Notes under the pieces: generated by a model
The model's database searches: none
Seen by the model: only the letters and a program-made list of their open reading frames with translations
Told to the model about the DNA's origin: nothing
Assembly: GCA_030141605.1 (NCBI GenBank)
Contig: JAQGDQ010001513.1
Coordinates: forward strand, 1-36,939
Reading direction: 5' to 3'
Source: Tubiluchus corallicola
Lineage: Eukaryota > Animalia > Priapulida
Length of the DNA stretch: 36,939 nucleotides
In this document: positions 35,086-36,939 of the stretch, one piece after another
Position numbering within the stretch: the first letter of the stretch is position 1
Layout of the letters: every line of letters starts with the position of its first letter
Translations under genes and position numbers: made by a program

Positions 35086-36928
35086 TGTTTTACATTCTGT
35101 GAGTAGCTAAAGCATTGTTTTACATTATGTGAGTAGCTAAAGCATTGTTTTACATTATGTGAGTAGCTAAAGCATTGTTTTACATTTTGTAACAGTGAAA
35201 TCATCGTTTAACATTCTTTTTGAGTTGCAAAAAATGTTTTTATATTCTGTGAGTTGATAAATAAGTACAATATAGTTACATTTTACTGCTTTATCTACTT
35301 CATTAAAGAAGGGATTTAGTAAATTTTTTTGCAAAGCGCATAGTAGAAGGGTGAATTAGACAAACTATTATATGTGTGGTGCAGTACAGCCTAGGTGGTC
35401 AATACGGCCAAAATAGAAGTTATGTTCAACATAATGACACTGTAGTCTCTACTGAAATGCTTCAAAATTTGTGTAAGTTCCTAGCAGAAACAACCTGTGG
35501 AATATTAATGTTCAGACTCAGGTATATGGAAAAAAGATTGAAGTATCAATCTGAATTTTTCCTGATTCAAATTTAGTGAGCTACTGAAATTTGGAGGTTC
35601 AATACATTATCATATTTCCTAATAACATCATTTACCTTAAGCAACACTTCTACTGGTAAATGCCGAAATATCAGTAAAGCATTACTATACGCATCAACTG
35701 TGAAAGAATGTACTGTGACGTGTTTGTTGGAGACGTTGCCAGTCGTCTGTAAGATGTACGAATCAACGGTGACAACATTTATTCCTAGAAAAAAATAAAA
35801 CTGCTCAACTTACTAGCATCTACAGAATCAGTAACAAACATTACTTGAGGTGATGATAACTGTTAAGGCCTACATTTTTACTGTTCACAAAAATAAAAGA
35901 TTCTTTGTTTTATCGTATGTAAGTTTGAAAACCAAAACTGTCCATTAGACGGCACAGTTAAAACTACATTATGATGCTTCAAAGCAGAAAACAAAATGTT
36001 ATTTTTTTGTTTTTTTATAAAAACAAGCACCAAATATATTGCACTTTAATATTCTAGCGTCAAATTATCAAGAAAATGCCCAAAAAAATGAAAATTTCAT
36101 TTTATAACCCCGTCCCCACTTCTTTAGCTAGAACTAAAACAGCAATTGTAAAAAACCTGTTAGTAGCGTTAGTTGTCACTTTGCTTCTAGTTTGTTTAGT
36201 CGACAAGCCTATATCTAAATCAAGAAGAGCCATCTACTGGATGTAAACACAACTAATATGGCTCTTGTAGATTCCATGGCACACTTTTGTAAGTTACTAA
36301 GTGTTTTGTAGAGATGCAACAAAATCAGTGTCAAACTTCAACAGCGATTTTCTCACGATTATGTTTTTCAGAGCGTAGCTTGTGCCTCCACTTCAATGTG
36401 GATTACCTCTACATAGAGCAATCAAGATGGTATCAAAATGATCCTCATAAAATGGAGATTTGGGGTATGTGAATAATGAAAGGTGGGGTAGTTTTCAGTT
36501 TAGGTGGTTCTTTCTTAATGCGTTCTCACATCGCACAAATCAATAATACCACAGAAAGGTGGGAACCAACAGAAATATGCATCATTTACAATGGCGTAAA
36601 GAGAATAGCGATCTTTGTCGTATTTTGAAAAAAAATAATTTTTCAAGAGTTGGTGTCACCGTCGCAAATACGGACAAAGATTGAGTATTTTACTGTAATA
36701 CTTTCATTTTCGCGTCTGCACGAAATAAACTGTTCTTATCCACTGCTGTGCACAACTAGATAGATCAAACAAAATGCTGTAAAACAAATAATATTATGAA
36801 ATTCACTGTAAAATTAAAAATGCATTGTAAGACACGACATTTGACCCCGCCATTTTGCAGCTGCTGTGTTTACTGCCAACTGGTGGACTCTAGCGGCAGT
36901 TTTCAGTGAATGAACGAGTAACGAAGAC
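35083..36928 (-). repeat. Right arm of the inverted duplication, including an inverted 30-bp minisatellite (35083-35190)
   Basis: Near-identical reverse complement of 30685-32430. ORF 35376..35576(+) mirrors 32037..32237(-) with one I/N difference. Confidence 0.96.
35636..35784 (-). other. Antisense duplicate of exon 22 with its splice sites
   Basis: Reverse complement of 31829..31977. Confidence 0.9.
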
Positions 36929-36939
36929 AGCTGGTCTTC

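Noticed and set aside
34667-35110. 15-aa repeat ORFs on both strands
   Set aside because: Translations of the 45-bp minisatellite.
30685-36928. Inverted arms as TIRs of a large transposon
   Set aside because: The arms consist of host intron and exon 22 sequence, the enclosed DNA is the host gene, and there is no transposase.

Overview
AT-rich animal genomic DNA, probably invertebrate; the taxon cannot be determined from the sequence. Most of the window is one + strand multi-exon gene. I traced it by hand through 25 GT-AG exons (1642-34722, 4597 coding nt, about 1530 aa). It encodes a polycystin-1-like (PKD1L/REJ-family) protein: signal peptide, 2 WSC-like domains, 2 EGF domains, REJ, a GAIN-like region, a 32-cysteine insert, then PLAT/LH2. 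The gene has four oddities. (1) Exon 12 carries a frameshift. (2) A large heptad-spaced Cys-rich module interrupts the GAIN-like region. (3) PLAT follows with no GPS motif or transmembrane helix before it. (4) The traceable gene stops mid-PLAT, just before a near-identical inverted copy of 30685-32430 that runs to the window end. Intron 16 holds a decayed hAT transposon (8-bp TSD) with a nested, internally deleted DD41D Tc1/mariner element (TA TSD). The introns also contain many minisatellites, microsatellites and MITE-like relics. All domain calls come from motif recognition, not database searches.
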